Of a stretch of DNA of 64,000 nt, positions 51,201 through 59,958 are shown piece by piece; position 1 is the stretch's first letter, and each line of letters starts with the position of its first letter. Position numbers and translations under genes: made by a program. The DNA is from Myxococcota bacterium (GTDB lineage: Bacteria > Myxococcota_A > Polyangia > Nannocystales > Nannocystaceae): assembly GCA_039028615.1 (NCBI GenBank), contig JBCCHT010000016.1, positions 1 to 64,000 on the forward strand, written 5' to 3'. A model generated the notes under the pieces. It was not told the DNA's origin. It was given only the letters and a program-made list of their open reading frames with translations, and ran no database searches.

Positions 51201-52513
51201 GGGGTGAGCGGGTCTTCGACCAGGGCCATCAGCGCCGACTCGGTCGCGGCGCCCCCTTTGACCCTCGCGACGGGCACGACGGCGTCGGGCAGGGTCGGCA
51301 ACCACTTCAGCAGGGTGGGCTCATCGTCGTAGTCGGGGCAGCGGCCCGCGGCATCGAGCAGGGCCAGTGCGACGGCCGGAGCGTTCGTCGTCTGCAGGAT
51401 GCGGGCGATGAGGGCCGGGGCGGCCGGGCTCACGCTCACGGCGAGGATCGTTGCCCGCCGCGTCCATCGCTCGTCGTCGGCCGGCAGCGCTCCGAGGACC
51501 TCGACCAGCTCGTGCCGCACGATGTGGGTCACTCGGCACAGCTCTTCGCCGGTCCAGGCTCGATGCGCGTCGAACTGAGCGAGCAGGGCCTCGAGGTGAT
51601 GCGCGCGCAGGAACACGCCATGACGATGGGCCTCGAGCAAGAACGTCCGCGCTCCGGGCCCGAACGCGAGCGGCTCTTCGTTGGCGATCTCGAGGACGAA
51701 CTCGAGGTCTTCGTCGCGAGCGCGGGGCCCGAGGCGTTCGAGGACCTCGACGCGAACGGCCAAGGGGGCGTCGGGCTCGAGCAGTCGCTCCCACAGCAGC
51801 TCGCGGTGCGACGCCGAGTCCTCGGCGGCGAGCGTGCGGACGGCAGCGAGCGCCACGGGCAGCTCGGCGTCGACCAGCGCCCGCTGCAGGGCAGCCTCGC
51901 GGGCTCGGGCGACGGTGGGGCTGGGCTCCCCGAGCCAGCCTTCGGCCAGCATCCCGACGGCGATGCCGCGTAGCTCGTGGTCTTCGTCTTCGGCCAGCGC
52001 GATGAGGTGCGTCGCGGCCTCGGAGGTACTCGAGGCGAGCGACTCGACGGCGGGGCGGAGCTGCTCCAGGCCCCGCCGACGAAGCGCAGGATCCTCGGCG
52101 TGGCACAGCGCCTCGATGGCTCCTCGCGGATCGAGCACCGTGTCGAGCGACCACGCCACCATCACCTGGTGCCAGGTGGGTTCGTCGAGCAGGGGCTCGG
52201 CGACGGGGCTCCCGGCCGCGATCGCCACGCGCAGCCACTGAATGCGCATCCACGGATCGAGCGCGGCCAGATCGGTGGGCAACGTGGGCTGGTGCTCGAC
52301 GAGGGCGCTCGCGACGGCGTGCACGGCCATCGCGACCTCGGGCGACAGCGCGGCGAGATTCGTCGGCAGCGCCTGCGCGAGCGCTCGCAGCTGCTCGGGA
52401 TCGTCGAGGGACGACAGCCGCTCACGGAGTGCGTCGAGCTGCTCGAGTGCGTCGATCGGATCGGCGGAGGGCAGGCCCTGCAGCAATGCGACATCGGCGG
52501 AAGGGCGGGCCAT
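48278..52513 (-). CDS. Large HEAT/ARM-repeat protein (about 1410 aa)
   Basis: Long Leu/Ala/Arg-rich helical ORF with HEAT-like units (VRRAAIETI, VKKEAAQAL, VRSAALRAL). Start revised to ATG 52513. Confidence 0.8.
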   Translation of the reverse strand: MARPSADVALLQGLPSADPIDALEQLDALRERLSSLDDPEQLRALAQALPTNLAALSPEVAMAVHAVASALVEHQPTLPTDLAALDPWMRIQWLRVAIAAGSPVAEPLLDEPTWHQVMVAWSLDTVLDPRGAIEALCHAEDPALRRRGLEQLRPAVESLASSTSEAATHLIALAEDEDHELRGIAVGMLAEGWLGEPSPTVARAREAALQRALVDAELPVALAAVRTLAAEDSASHRELLWERLLEPDAPLAVRVEVLERLGPRARDEDLEFVLEIANEEPLAFGPGARTFLLEAHRHGVFLRAHHLEALLAQFDAHRAWTGEELCRVTHIVRHELVEVLGALPADDERWTRRATILAVSVSPAAPALIARILQTTNAPAVALALLDAAGRCPDYDDEPTLLKWLPTLPDAVVPVARVKGGAATESALMALVEDPLTPPRLRTRILPALWALTRERPTLPQRLSTALGPHDSGLLGRTFLQRRDATVAQLVAEPPWESSDAHRLDRLKRLELLIESGDDRFADRIEALFREQFREYVGKALAGDFSIKRLAMPELEQMIFRYGRYLVADGRHVRPFIDDTPETGRDLVLRMVCGWLAEEPTPPIMVALLETLGRHDPSSTVLRTIIPLWRHGHREVRRAAIETILAAGERARGLELSLCRLVQSDEPRIVTQALAAVASLNAQWAEPMVLAALSHPQMIVKKEAAQALSRIASARAVPTLVGWLAHHDNPGLRQGLVGALVRAAGPSLVAVIVGAIERQTEARRIGLLCQVLEGRLPMAAALRLARSSQPIHADLLERCLTGRLRLADGDPTTLARRLHRASLRPTPPERDEPGQRLRIEGFSAEAARQLVEERNDDNEAEIREVVRAGLADWITWLKHEDPVPADAFAVVLDAADPVSIEHGDALLDLLERAMAPSSGAAAKFIEHHLALGSVAAHRRLRSARVLRALEPSPDFGGRRRWELLGRLGAIRGGEDLWQCLEHCRVRPAASDEIAALLRRTLQIPAEREREATALTELREQSLEFHTWTSERRRSWLAATLESRPLHLPPNDELEPTPPRRPTLPSADRQRELLAMLDSDVSAERDRAAAQLLNWPDATDARPRIFDAYLRGRITLSSPHRTELAPSLAAWPADKGARERAAALVAHVPPHRLRTLVSAWIEAWDAGDADVEPLLRRYGQDLLPPLARRRARHGDPRLLGLLHSSAALPTRALIEEFEERYPDEVARLRTQPSPEELTTDEGDPDDPLAGRDLDGLVALIGEKGVAKGLAVRAVHALTEYGERAIARLDPLVTDRRPPVRSAALRALRKVAPREVTLPATARALAMESRKDVIGQLMKSLGHGKYEPALVTMLEYLEHRELAIRNTAHEAIVAYGPDIVPTLRRLGRRARPDRRRTIEALATELETGPGSET

Positions 52514-52641
52514 CACGCCGCACGGTAGCAGACGCCGTCTTCGCGCTGGCCATGGCGCCCCAGCAATGGGACCCTCGGCCAACGCGTCGTGCTGCCAATG
52601 AACCTGAAGATCGTCGACTGCATGGAGCCGGGAGAGCATCG

Positions 52642-53091
52642 ATGGGCCGACTGAAGATCGTGGCGCTCGTGTTCGTGGTGCTCTACTGCGTGGCGTGGGC
52701 GGTCTTGTCGACGGTGGAGCCCTGGGCCCCGACGGGGGAGACGAACGTGAAGCCTCCCGCTCGCATCAGCGACGAGGGTCGAGCGTTGCTCGGCGGCCTC
52801 GCCGTGGGCGAGAAAATCACGGGCTGGACGGTGCGCAGACTCGATGGCCCGCGCGACAGCCAGCTGCGGGTCGACGTGGAGCGGGACGGGGTCGCGTTTG
52901 CCTTGATGGTCGCGCTCGAGGGGCGACTGCCGCAGACCCCTTTGGTGCGGACGAAGAACTACGTCGTGTTCTACGGGCACCCCGAGCCGAAGGACACCGT
53001 GCTCCCCGAGGGCACGATCCGCGCGACCACCAACGCGTTGGCGCGACGGATCCGCGAGCACGAGGCGGACGTCGAAGTCCCGGGCCTTTGA
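52642..53091 (+). CDS. Hypothetical membrane-anchored protein
   Basis: GGAG RBS and an N-terminal TM helix. Confidence 0.65.
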   Translation: MGRLKIVALVFVVLYCVAWAVLSTVEPWAPTGETNVKPPARISDEGRALLGGLAVGEKITGWTVRRLDGPRDSQLRVDVERDGVAFALMVALEGRLPQTPLVRTKNYVVFYGHPEPKDTVLPEGTIRATTNALARRIREHEADVEVPGL

Positions 53092-53109
53092 GGCCCTCGG
53101 GGCTCGAGT

Positions 53110-53616
53110 TCAGCTCAGCGAGACGGCGTAAGCCCCGGTCGGGTGCTGCTGCCGTCGCTGCCGATGGGTGAGCAGGCCGCGAGGTACCGGTTGGCGGGCG
53201 AGGGCAGCAGCCAGGACCATGGCGCCCAGCCCTTGCTCTTCATCGGTCGCACGCTCGCCCTGCGGGCCGTGACCCGACTGCGAGTTCATGACGAAGAGGC
53301 TGAAGTCCTCGGTCTGCGCCACCCCTTGGGGGCCGCCCGGGTCGCGTGCGAGCACGTCGACTTGATAGCGCTGACCGGCATCGGTCGACAGGACGACCGG
53401 GACGGCGCCGAGATGGGGGGGATGAACGCGAACGACCGTCCAGCGATCGAGGCGTTGCCCGACCAAGGACGCAAACGCCGACGGAGCGGCCTCGGGGCCT
53501 CGGGCTGCCCACCAGCGGCGAGCCGCCCAACCCATCGCCAGCAGGGCCGCGGGGGCCGCGAGCAACCAGTGGCGTCGTCGCATTCCGGGGCTGTGCTTGG
53601 CGTTCGTTTTCGTCAT
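53110..53616 (-). CDS. Hypothetical protein with Tat-like signal
   Basis: MRRRHWLL followed by a hydrophobic helix, then GAVPVVL...YQVDVLARD...TDEEQGLGAM. Confidence 0.7.
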   Translation of the reverse strand: MTKTNAKHSPGMRRRHWLLAAPAALLAMGWAARRWWAARGPEAAPSAFASLVGQRLDRWTVVRVHPPHLGAVPVVLSTDAGQRYQVDVLARDPGGPQGVAQTEDFSLFVMNSQSGHGPQGERATDEEQGLGAMVLAAALARQPVPRGLLTHRQRRQQHPTGAYAVSLS

Positions 53617-53704
53617 CGATCCCTGGGATCACCGTATCTGGCGGCGCCTGGCGAGGTCAAGCAACCGGTGTCGCCAGCAGCGCCGCCGTGAGAGGATTGT
53701 GTCC

Positions 53705-54469
53705 ATGGTCTCGCTTCGCAGCTCCTCTCGTCCGCTCGTCGCATTGTTGGCATTCGTCGGACTGGGGGCATGTGGCGACGATTCCGGGGTGGGTACGTCC
53801 ACCGCCGACACCACGTCCACCGGGACCACCGCGGGTACGACCCTCGCGGACACGACGGAAGGACCCGGCGCCACGGGGGTGCAGACCGGGGCGCAGACCG
53901 ACGGCGGCTCGAGCACCACGGTCGTCGTCGACGGCACCGCGGGCACGACGTCCTCGCCGGGAACGAGCGGCAGCACGGGCATGCCCGGTACGAGCGGAAG
54001 CACGGGTATGCCGGGCACGACCGGAGGTATGGACACCGCGGGGGTGTCCTCCGGCTCGACCGGCGCCGGGCTCTCGACGTCGAGCGGGGGCACGAGCTCC
54101 GGAGGGTTCACGACGGGAGGCTCGAGCAGCAGCACGGGCGGCGGGGGCTCGTGTGGCAACGGCGGCATCGATGCGGGCGAGCAGTGCGACGGCCTCGACC
54201 TGCAGGGCTTCGACTGCGCATCGCTGGGCCTCGGCATGGGGATCCTCGCCTGCGATCCGGCCACCTGCACCTTCGACGTGACCGGCTGCATGGCGGTCGC
54301 CGCGTGTGGCGACGGGGTCGTCGATCCGGGCGAGCAGTGCGACGGCGCCAACCTTCAGGGCTTCAACTGCGGATCGCTGGGCTTCACGGGCGGCGTCTTG
54401 GCCTGCGATCCGATCACGTGCACCTTCGATACGTCGATGTGCACGAACATCGGGGGAACGGGAGGTTGA
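53705..54469 (+). CDS. Lipoprotein with long Thr/Gly/Ser linker and two myxobacterial Cys-rich repeats
   Basis: Lipobox LGAC, PGTSGSTGM tandem units, CGNGGIDAGEQCDG and CGDGVVDPGEQCDG. Confidence 0.8.
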   Translation: MVSLRSSSRPLVALLAFVGLGACGDDSGVGTSTADTTSTGTTAGTTLADTTEGPGATGVQTGAQTDGGSSTTVVVDGTAGTTSSPGTSGSTGMPGTSGSTGMPGTTGGMDTAGVSSGSTGAGLSTSSGGTSSGGFTTGGSSSSTGGGGSCGNGGIDAGEQCDGLDLQGFDCASLGLGMGILACDPATCTFDVTGCMAVAACGDGVVDPGEQCDGANLQGFNCGSLGFTGGVLACDPITCTFDTSMCTNIGGTGG

Positions 54470-54474
54470 TGCCC

Positions 54475-54494
54475 CGTACCCGCGAGCGGGTACG
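54475..54494. terminator. Hairpin after the lipoprotein gene, between convergent genes
   Basis: CGTACCCG-cgag-CGGGTACG, an 8-bp stem. Confidence 0.5.
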
Positions 54495-54586
54495 AGGCAC
54501 AACCGAGAAGGACGAAGAGCGGTCGAACTACGGACGGGTGGGGCACCTCCAGGTTCGGGTGACAGGGGAATGGGACATGATTCGTC

Positions 54587-55192
54587 TCAGGCCTCGTCGC
54601 TGATGACGTAGCGAAGCTCGATGGGCGTGCCCAGTCGATCGACGGTGAGGGTGAAGTCGTCGGCCGTGTGCAGCCGCGCCAAGATGCGGTCAGGGTGCGG
54701 TGGATCGGCGAGCGAAATCCCGTCGACGGCGGTGATCGTGTCGCTCACGCGCAACCCGAGCAGGTCGGCGACACACCCCGGATACATGCCGAAGACCCTG
54801 AACCCGATCGGTTCTCCGTGGCGCCGGCTGGGCACGAGGCGCATGTGTTCGCGGCGGAACTCCGACTCGGTGAGCAGTCGACGGAGAAACACCCGAGAGA
54901 TCGAGCAGCCCGCGTCGGTGCAGACCACCGCGCCTTTGGCCTCGGGCGCGCGCGTCTTGGTGGGCGCGGCCTCGGGGCGAGGGGTGGGGAGACCCCGGAT
55001 CGGGTTCGAGTGCACGTGCACGTGCACGACCGGTGCGGGGGGAGCAGGGACTTGCACGATGTGCACGACGGGTGCGTCTTGGGCCTGCGAAAACCACACG
55101 ATGTGGGCCGTCGCTCCGACCACCAGCCCGGTCAGCCAAGGGAGAGTGCGTAGCCAGCGAGGCACAGGCTTGGACGTGGACGAAGGCACCAT
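54587..55192 (-). CDS. Membrane-anchored GspC-like PDZ-domain protein (no T2SS genes nearby)
   Basis: One TM helix, then RLVPS..GEPIGFRVFG...LLGLRVSDTITAVDG...LTVDRLG. Confidence 0.7.
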   Translation of the reverse strand: MVPSSTSKPVPRWLRTLPWLTGLVVGATAHIVWFSQAQDAPVVHIVQVPAPPAPVVHVHVHSNPIRGLPTPRPEAAPTKTRAPEAKGAVVCTDAGCSISRVFLRRLLTESEFRREHMRLVPSRRHGEPIGFRVFGMYPGCVADLLGLRVSDTITAVDGISLADPPHPDRILARLHTADDFTLTVDRLGTPIELRYVISDEA

Positions 55193-55204
55193 GCCTCCCT
55201 GAAG

Positions 55205-55220
55205 AGCAACTGCCGTGCCA
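55205..55220 (-). promoter_or_regulatory. Sigma-54 (-24/-12) promoter
   Basis: TGGCAC-GGCAG-TTGCT, an exact consensus match with GG-N10-GC spacing, just upstream of ATG 55192. Confidence 0.8.
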
Positions 55221-55442
55221 ACCTGCCCGACCACGCAAGGTCGCGGAGTCACGCCTCGCGGCGTGGTGCCTCCGTGCCAAAGTGTCGCCCGGGTGGGGGA
55301 ACCGGTTGTCTCGGCGTCACGATGCTCGGTGGTGCGCGGTCATCCCTTGGTGTGGGACTCGTCGTACATGCTCGAATTCTCCCGAAATCGGCCTCTGTGG
55401 ACTTTTTTTGATCATGCAGGGGTCGCGGCGCACTGAACCGAG

Positions 55443-58436
55443 GTGGATGAGCCGACCCTGTTCGACACGCTCCTGGACAGGGTGCACGCCCTGAACGACG
55501 CTGATCGGGTGGACTCGGACGACCGCGACGCGCTGGCGGACCTGCCGTGGGACCAAGTCCGCGAGTCCGACCGAGAAGGGCTGTCGGACATCGAGGCCCG
55601 CAACCGGATCCGGGCTCGGCTGCTGGGAGACGCCACGCCCGAGCTGCGCGTGGGTCGTTTTCGGATCCTCCGTACGCTGGGGCGGGGGGCGATGGGCTCG
55701 GTGCATGCCGCGTTCGACGACGAGCTGCAGCGGGAGATCGCGATCAAGGTCTTGCACCCGGACATCTGCGCCGACGAGGCGGCGCAGCACCGCCTGATCC
55801 GGGAGGCGCAGGCCCAAGCCGGCTTGTCTCATCCCCACCTCGTGCCCGTGTTCGAGGTCGGCCACCACCAGGGGCGCATCTATCTCGCGATGGAGCGCGT
55901 CGACGGGACGACCATGACCCAGTGGCTCGAGACCACCCGCCCGCCCGCGCGTCGGATCCTGGCCCAGTGGCTCGACGTGGCCCGGGCACTGGTGGTCGTG
56001 CATCGCGAAGGGCTGGTGCACCGCGACATCAAGCCGGACAACGTGCTGGTGGGGAACGACCAGCGCGTGCGCCTGGTCGACTTCGGGTTGGCGCGGGGCC
56101 AGAACGCGAGCACGGACCTCAAGCAGATCACCGATCACGGCCGCGAGCTCGACACCGACTCGGGGCGCACCCGGCTCGAGGAAATGGTGACGCAGTCCCA
56201 TGCGTTGGTCGGTACACCCGTGTACATGGCGCCCGAGGTGCTGCGGGGAGAGCCCGCGAGCCCCCATGGCGATCAGTACAGCCTGTGTGTGTCGATCTAC
56301 GAGTCGCTGGTCGGCCGACGCCCCTTCGATGGGCGGCCTCGATTCCTCGAGGAGGGAGCGGTGGAGCGAGCGTCCTTGTCGCGGGAGGTCTACGCCGTGC
56401 TCAGCCGTGGGCTGGCCTACGAGCCCCAGCGTCGCTTCCCCAGCACGGCCGCCTTGGTCGCCGCGCTCGAGCCGATCGTCCAGCGCCGACGGCAGCGGCG
56501 GACGATGGCCGCGGTCGGGGTCATCGGGGCGTTGGCCGTGGGTGGGTTGACCGTCGACATGCTGCGGGCCGAGTCGCCGACGCCGAGCAAGCCCTGCGTG
56601 GACGTCGACGTGTCGGTGGGGTCGGTGTGGAACGACGAGCGCCGAGACGCTCTGCGCGACGCGTTCGCCGACACGAGCTTGCCTTACGCGGCCCCGGCCG
56701 GCGCCTGGCTCGAACGAAGTCTCGACGAGTCCACCCGACGCTGGAGCGCGGCTCGGCTCGAGGTCTGCGAAGCGCGGGAGATCGATCATTCGCTATCTAC
56801 CGAGGCGTCGACGCGGGCAGTCACGTGTCTCGAGCAGCAACGCGAGACGCTCGACGGCTGGATCGCCACCGTGATCGAGCTTCCACCCGATCGGGTGGCG
56901 GACGCGATGGCCTCGTTGGGGACGCTCCCGGTGCCGGCGGAGTGCTTGCGGCGGGCACGGACCGAGGCGCCCGTCGAGCCCCCTCCCGAGGCGCTCCGGG
57001 CCCGGGTCGAGCAGCTGGCCAGGCAGCTGCGACGGACCCACCTGCAGGCCACGATCGAGGGCCCTCGCGGTCACCTAGAGGTGCTGCGACAGCATCACGC
57101 AGACGCGGTGGCGCTGGGCTACCGCCCGTTGGTCGCGGAAGCCTCGATGAGGCTCGGCCTGAGTCTGCGGAGCGCGGAGGATCCCGAAGCGCGCGACGTC
57201 CTCGAGCGAGCGGCCAACGATGCGGAGCGAGTCGGAGACCTGGGCGTTCGCGAGCTGGCCCTGCACGGATTGCTCGCGAACGCACTGGGCACGGACGCCG
57301 ATGCAGGAGAAGCTCGCCGCGCGCTGGATCGGGTCTGGGCGGTCTTGGGGCGCATGCAAGAGCCTCCCGATCGCATGGTTCGCGCCCTGGAAAAGCGCGC
57401 GCTGCTGTCGACCATGGAAGGCGACTACGCGGGGGCGGAGCAGGACCTTCGCTCGGTGATCGAGCTGGCGGCCGAGCTCGGACCCGCCCACATCGCCAAG
57501 GAGGTCATCGCGCTGCACTACCTCGGTTCGTTGTTGGCGGGGCGCGGCCGGACGACCGAGGCCACCGAGGCCTTTGCTCGCGCCGACGAGCGCGCGACGG
57601 CGATGGGGGTCCCCACCCTGGTCACGCTTCGCGGTGCATTGCTTCCCGGGCGCGGCGCCTTGCTGCAAGGGCTCGCGATGCTGGACGCCGGTAAGCTCGA
57701 CGAGGCGACGCGGATGCTCGAGGTCGCGGGGGAGCAGAGTCGGCAGGCGTTCGGAGCCGACAGCGTCCCCATGGCGCGCGTGCACATGGCTCAGGCCAAG
57801 GCCGCGATGACCCGGGGAAAGATCGACGACGTCCTGGCCCATGCCCAGGCGGCGGACGAGAAGATCCGTCGGTGGCTGGGCGACGACAATGCACTTCGAA
57901 TCGACCCGCTCTCGGCGGTGGGTACGGTGGCGTTTTATCAGGGGGACGTGGCGGCCTCGGTTGCTGCCTTCGAGGAGGCGGTTCGCCTGGCCGAGGCGTC
58001 GCTGCCCCACACCGGGCTATTGGTGGCGAGGCACCGCAGCAACCTCGGGGAGGCGTTGGTCTTGGCCGGGGACGACTCGCGGGCGGAGGCCCTGCTCCGG
58101 GCCGCCCTCGAGTCGATGGAAGGCCAGCTCGATGCTCACGACCCGCAGATCGCTTTGCCGGCGCAGGGCCTGGCCGAGATCGCGTGGCGAGCGAAGAACC
58201 TCGAGCAGGCGGCACGCTACGCTCAGCGGGCGCTCGAGATCCGAGAGCACCACGACAACGATCCGCCCGAGCTGGCTCGTACGCGGTGGTTGCTGGCGCG
58301 AATCGAAGACGCACGGGGCAACGGCGCGCGCGCGAAAGGGCTCGCCGAGCAGGCACGGCAGGCCTTCGAATCCCTGGGACCCGCGTTTGCCGAGCAGGTG
58401 CAGGAGATCGAGCGGCATCCGTGGAACGGGGATTGA
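55443..58436 (+). CDS. Hanks-type Ser/Thr protein kinase with TM and TPR-like region
   Basis: LGRGAMGSV, AIKVL, HRDIKPDN, DFGLA, GTPVYMAPE, DQYS, a TM helix and a helical-repeat C-terminus. Confidence 0.93.
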   Translation: MDEPTLFDTLLDRVHALNDADRVDSDDRDALADLPWDQVRESDREGLSDIEARNRIRARLLGDATPELRVGRFRILRTLGRGAMGSVHAAFDDELQREIAIKVLHPDICADEAAQHRLIREAQAQAGLSHPHLVPVFEVGHHQGRIYLAMERVDGTTMTQWLETTRPPARRILAQWLDVARALVVVHREGLVHRDIKPDNVLVGNDQRVRLVDFGLARGQNASTDLKQITDHGRELDTDSGRTRLEEMVTQSHALVGTPVYMAPEVLRGEPASPHGDQYSLCVSIYESLVGRRPFDGRPRFLEEGAVERASLSREVYAVLSRGLAYEPQRRFPSTAALVAALEPIVQRRRQRRTMAAVGVIGALAVGGLTVDMLRAESPTPSKPCVDVDVSVGSVWNDERRDALRDAFADTSLPYAAPAGAWLERSLDESTRRWSAARLEVCEAREIDHSLSTEASTRAVTCLEQQRETLDGWIATVIELPPDRVADAMASLGTLPVPAECLRRARTEAPVEPPPEALRARVEQLARQLRRTHLQATIEGPRGHLEVLRQHHADAVALGYRPLVAEASMRLGLSLRSAEDPEARDVLERAANDAERVGDLGVRELALHGLLANALGTDADAGEARRALDRVWAVLGRMQEPPDRMVRALEKRALLSTMEGDYAGAEQDLRSVIELAAELGPAHIAKEVIALHYLGSLLAGRGRTTEATEAFARADERATAMGVPTLVTLRGALLPGRGALLQGLAMLDAGKLDEATRMLEVAGEQSRQAFGADSVPMARVHMAQAKAAMTRGKIDDVLAHAQAADEKIRRWLGDDNALRIDPLSAVGTVAFYQGDVAASVAAFEEAVRLAEASLPHTGLLVARHRSNLGEALVLAGDDSRAEALLRAALESMEGQLDAHDPQIALPAQGLAEIAWRAKNLEQAARYAQRALEIREHHDNDPPELARTRWLLARIEDARGNGARAKGLAEQARQAFESLGPAFAEQVQEIERHPWNGD

Positions 58437-58456
58437 CCGCGGGTATACTCGTCCGG

Positions 58457-59065
58457 GTGCGGGAGGACACCGAGCTCCTTGCGGCGTGGCGTGGTGGCGA
58501 CCGGGCGGCAGGCGGTGAGCTCTTCGACCGGCACTACCCGTCGATCCGTCGGTTCTTCCGCTCCAAGGTCGGCGACGACTACGAGGAACTCGTCCAGACG
58601 ACCTTCAGCCGCTGCGTCGAGGGGCAGCACCGGTTTCGTGGCGACGGTAAGTTTCGTAGCTACCTGTTTTCGATCGCGGCGAACCTGCTGCGCGAACACT
58701 TGCGTCGGGCGTATAGCGGTCCGAGCTTCGATGCCGAGCAGTCCTCCATCGCGGACCTGAAGCTGCCCGGGCCGTCGACCGCCGTCGGGGCGCGGCGGGA
58801 GTACAAGATCTTGCTCGAGGCGCTGCGGCGCTTGCCGGTCAACGATCAGATCGTGCTCGAGCTGTTTTATTGGGAGCAGATGACGTCCAGCGCGATCGCG
58901 GCGGTCCTCGACGTGCCTCACGGCACGGCCCGCAGCCGCCTACGCATTGCGAAGGAGCGACTGCGGGGCCACGTCGACGAGCTGGCTCGGACCCCTCGCG
59001 AGCTCGAGTCGACAGTGGGAGGGCTCGAGCGGTGGGCGGCCGGGCTGCGCGATCAGTTGCAGTGA
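58457..59065 (+). CDS. ECF sigma factor adjacent to a Ser/Thr kinase
   Basis: DTELLAAWRGGD, EELVQTTF, FRSYLFSIA, IAAVLDVPHGTARSRLR. TATACT lies 7 nt before GTG 58457. Confidence 0.9.
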   Translation: MREDTELLAAWRGGDRAAGGELFDRHYPSIRRFFRSKVGDDYEELVQTTFSRCVEGQHRFRGDGKFRSYLFSIAANLLREHLRRAYSGPSFDAEQSSIADLKLPGPSTAVGARREYKILLEALRRLPVNDQIVLELFYWEQMTSSAIAAVLDVPHGTARSRLRIAKERLRGHVDELARTPRELESTVGGLERWAAGLRDQLQ

Positions 59066-59086
59066 CGGCGGCCGAGCGCCAGCGTG

Positions 59087-59611
59087 TCAGTCGTCGTCGG
59101 CTGAACCGCCGCAGACGCCCGTCTGCACGCTGATGGTGGGGTCGGCACAGGTCCAACAGCCGGAGTCGTTCTTGTAGTAGACGTAGAAGGTCGCCCTGCT
59201 TCCGCTCGCGGAGCTGAGGTCGTTCTGGCAGCTGCTGTCCGACTTGAACTTCACGTCGTTGGCGCTGGTGAAGGTGAAATCCGCGGAGCTGGTGCTCGTC
59301 TGGACGCAGCAACCGTCGGTGCAGGTCACCCCTTTGCCGCTGCTCTTCGGGGTGGCGGTGACGGTGGGCGCACTGCTGCATCCGCTACTGCAGGACGTCG
59401 TGGTCAACGTCACCTTGTCGTTGTTGGTCTGTTCTCCATCGGCCAGCTCGACCGCGGCCTTGTTGGCGTCGGCCTTGTTGGCGGCGGCCTTGTTGGCGTC
59501 GGCCTTGTCGTCTTCCGTCTTGGCGGGGGCGGCCTTTTTGGCTTCGGACGAGTCGCATGCGGAGAGCATGAGGGCGAGGGGCAGGGCGGCGATGAGTCTG
59601 AGGGAGTGCAT
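59087..59611 (-). CDS. Small Cys/Ser/Thr-rich lipoprotein
   Basis: Lipobox LSAC, a KADAN repeat linker and multiple Cys. Confidence 0.75.
   Translation of the reverse strand: MHSLRLIAALPLALMLSACDSSEAKKAAPAKTEDDKADANKAAANKADANKAAVELADGEQTNNDKVTLTTTSCSSGCSSAPTVTATPKSSGKGVTCTDGCCVQTSTSSADFTFTSANDVKFKSDSSCQNDLSSASGSRATFYVYYKNDSGCWTCADPTISVQTGVCGGSADDD
59456..59508. repeat. 15-bp coding tandem repeat (about 3.5 copies)
   Basis: GGCCTTGTTGGCG[T/G]C x3 plus GGCCTTGT, encoding KADAN/KAAAN on the minus strand. Confidence 0.85.
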
Positions 59612-59958
59612 CGGTCGTGGCCTTTGGGTCTGAGGAGGGGAGACAGAGCTCGGATTCGGCGCCCGTCTCATGCCCTGTCCGTCGGTTCTCGCCGATCATT
59701 GATCATCGAAAGATGAAGAAATTTCTGTAGGGCGAGACCCGATGGGGTGCCGAAGTCTTCGAGCTGCTTCAGCCTCGTCGAGGACGAACTCGAGCTGCCC
59801 CCTCGCCCATCAGGGCCGGTGACCGGGTCGGGCTGCCGCGCGATCCCGCGAGGGCCCTCGAGCCCCTCGGGTGAACGCGTCCTGGCGGCGGGCGGGCGGC
59901 AACGCAGTTTAGTGGCGGCTCGGGGGCGCCTTTGCGCGGACGGTCTGACTTGAGATGA

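Noticed and set aside
59700..59900. Possible gene remnant on the minus strand (GQLEFVLDEAEAARRL)
   Set aside because: Short, with no start codon and no recognisable family, so it cannot be distinguished from chance.
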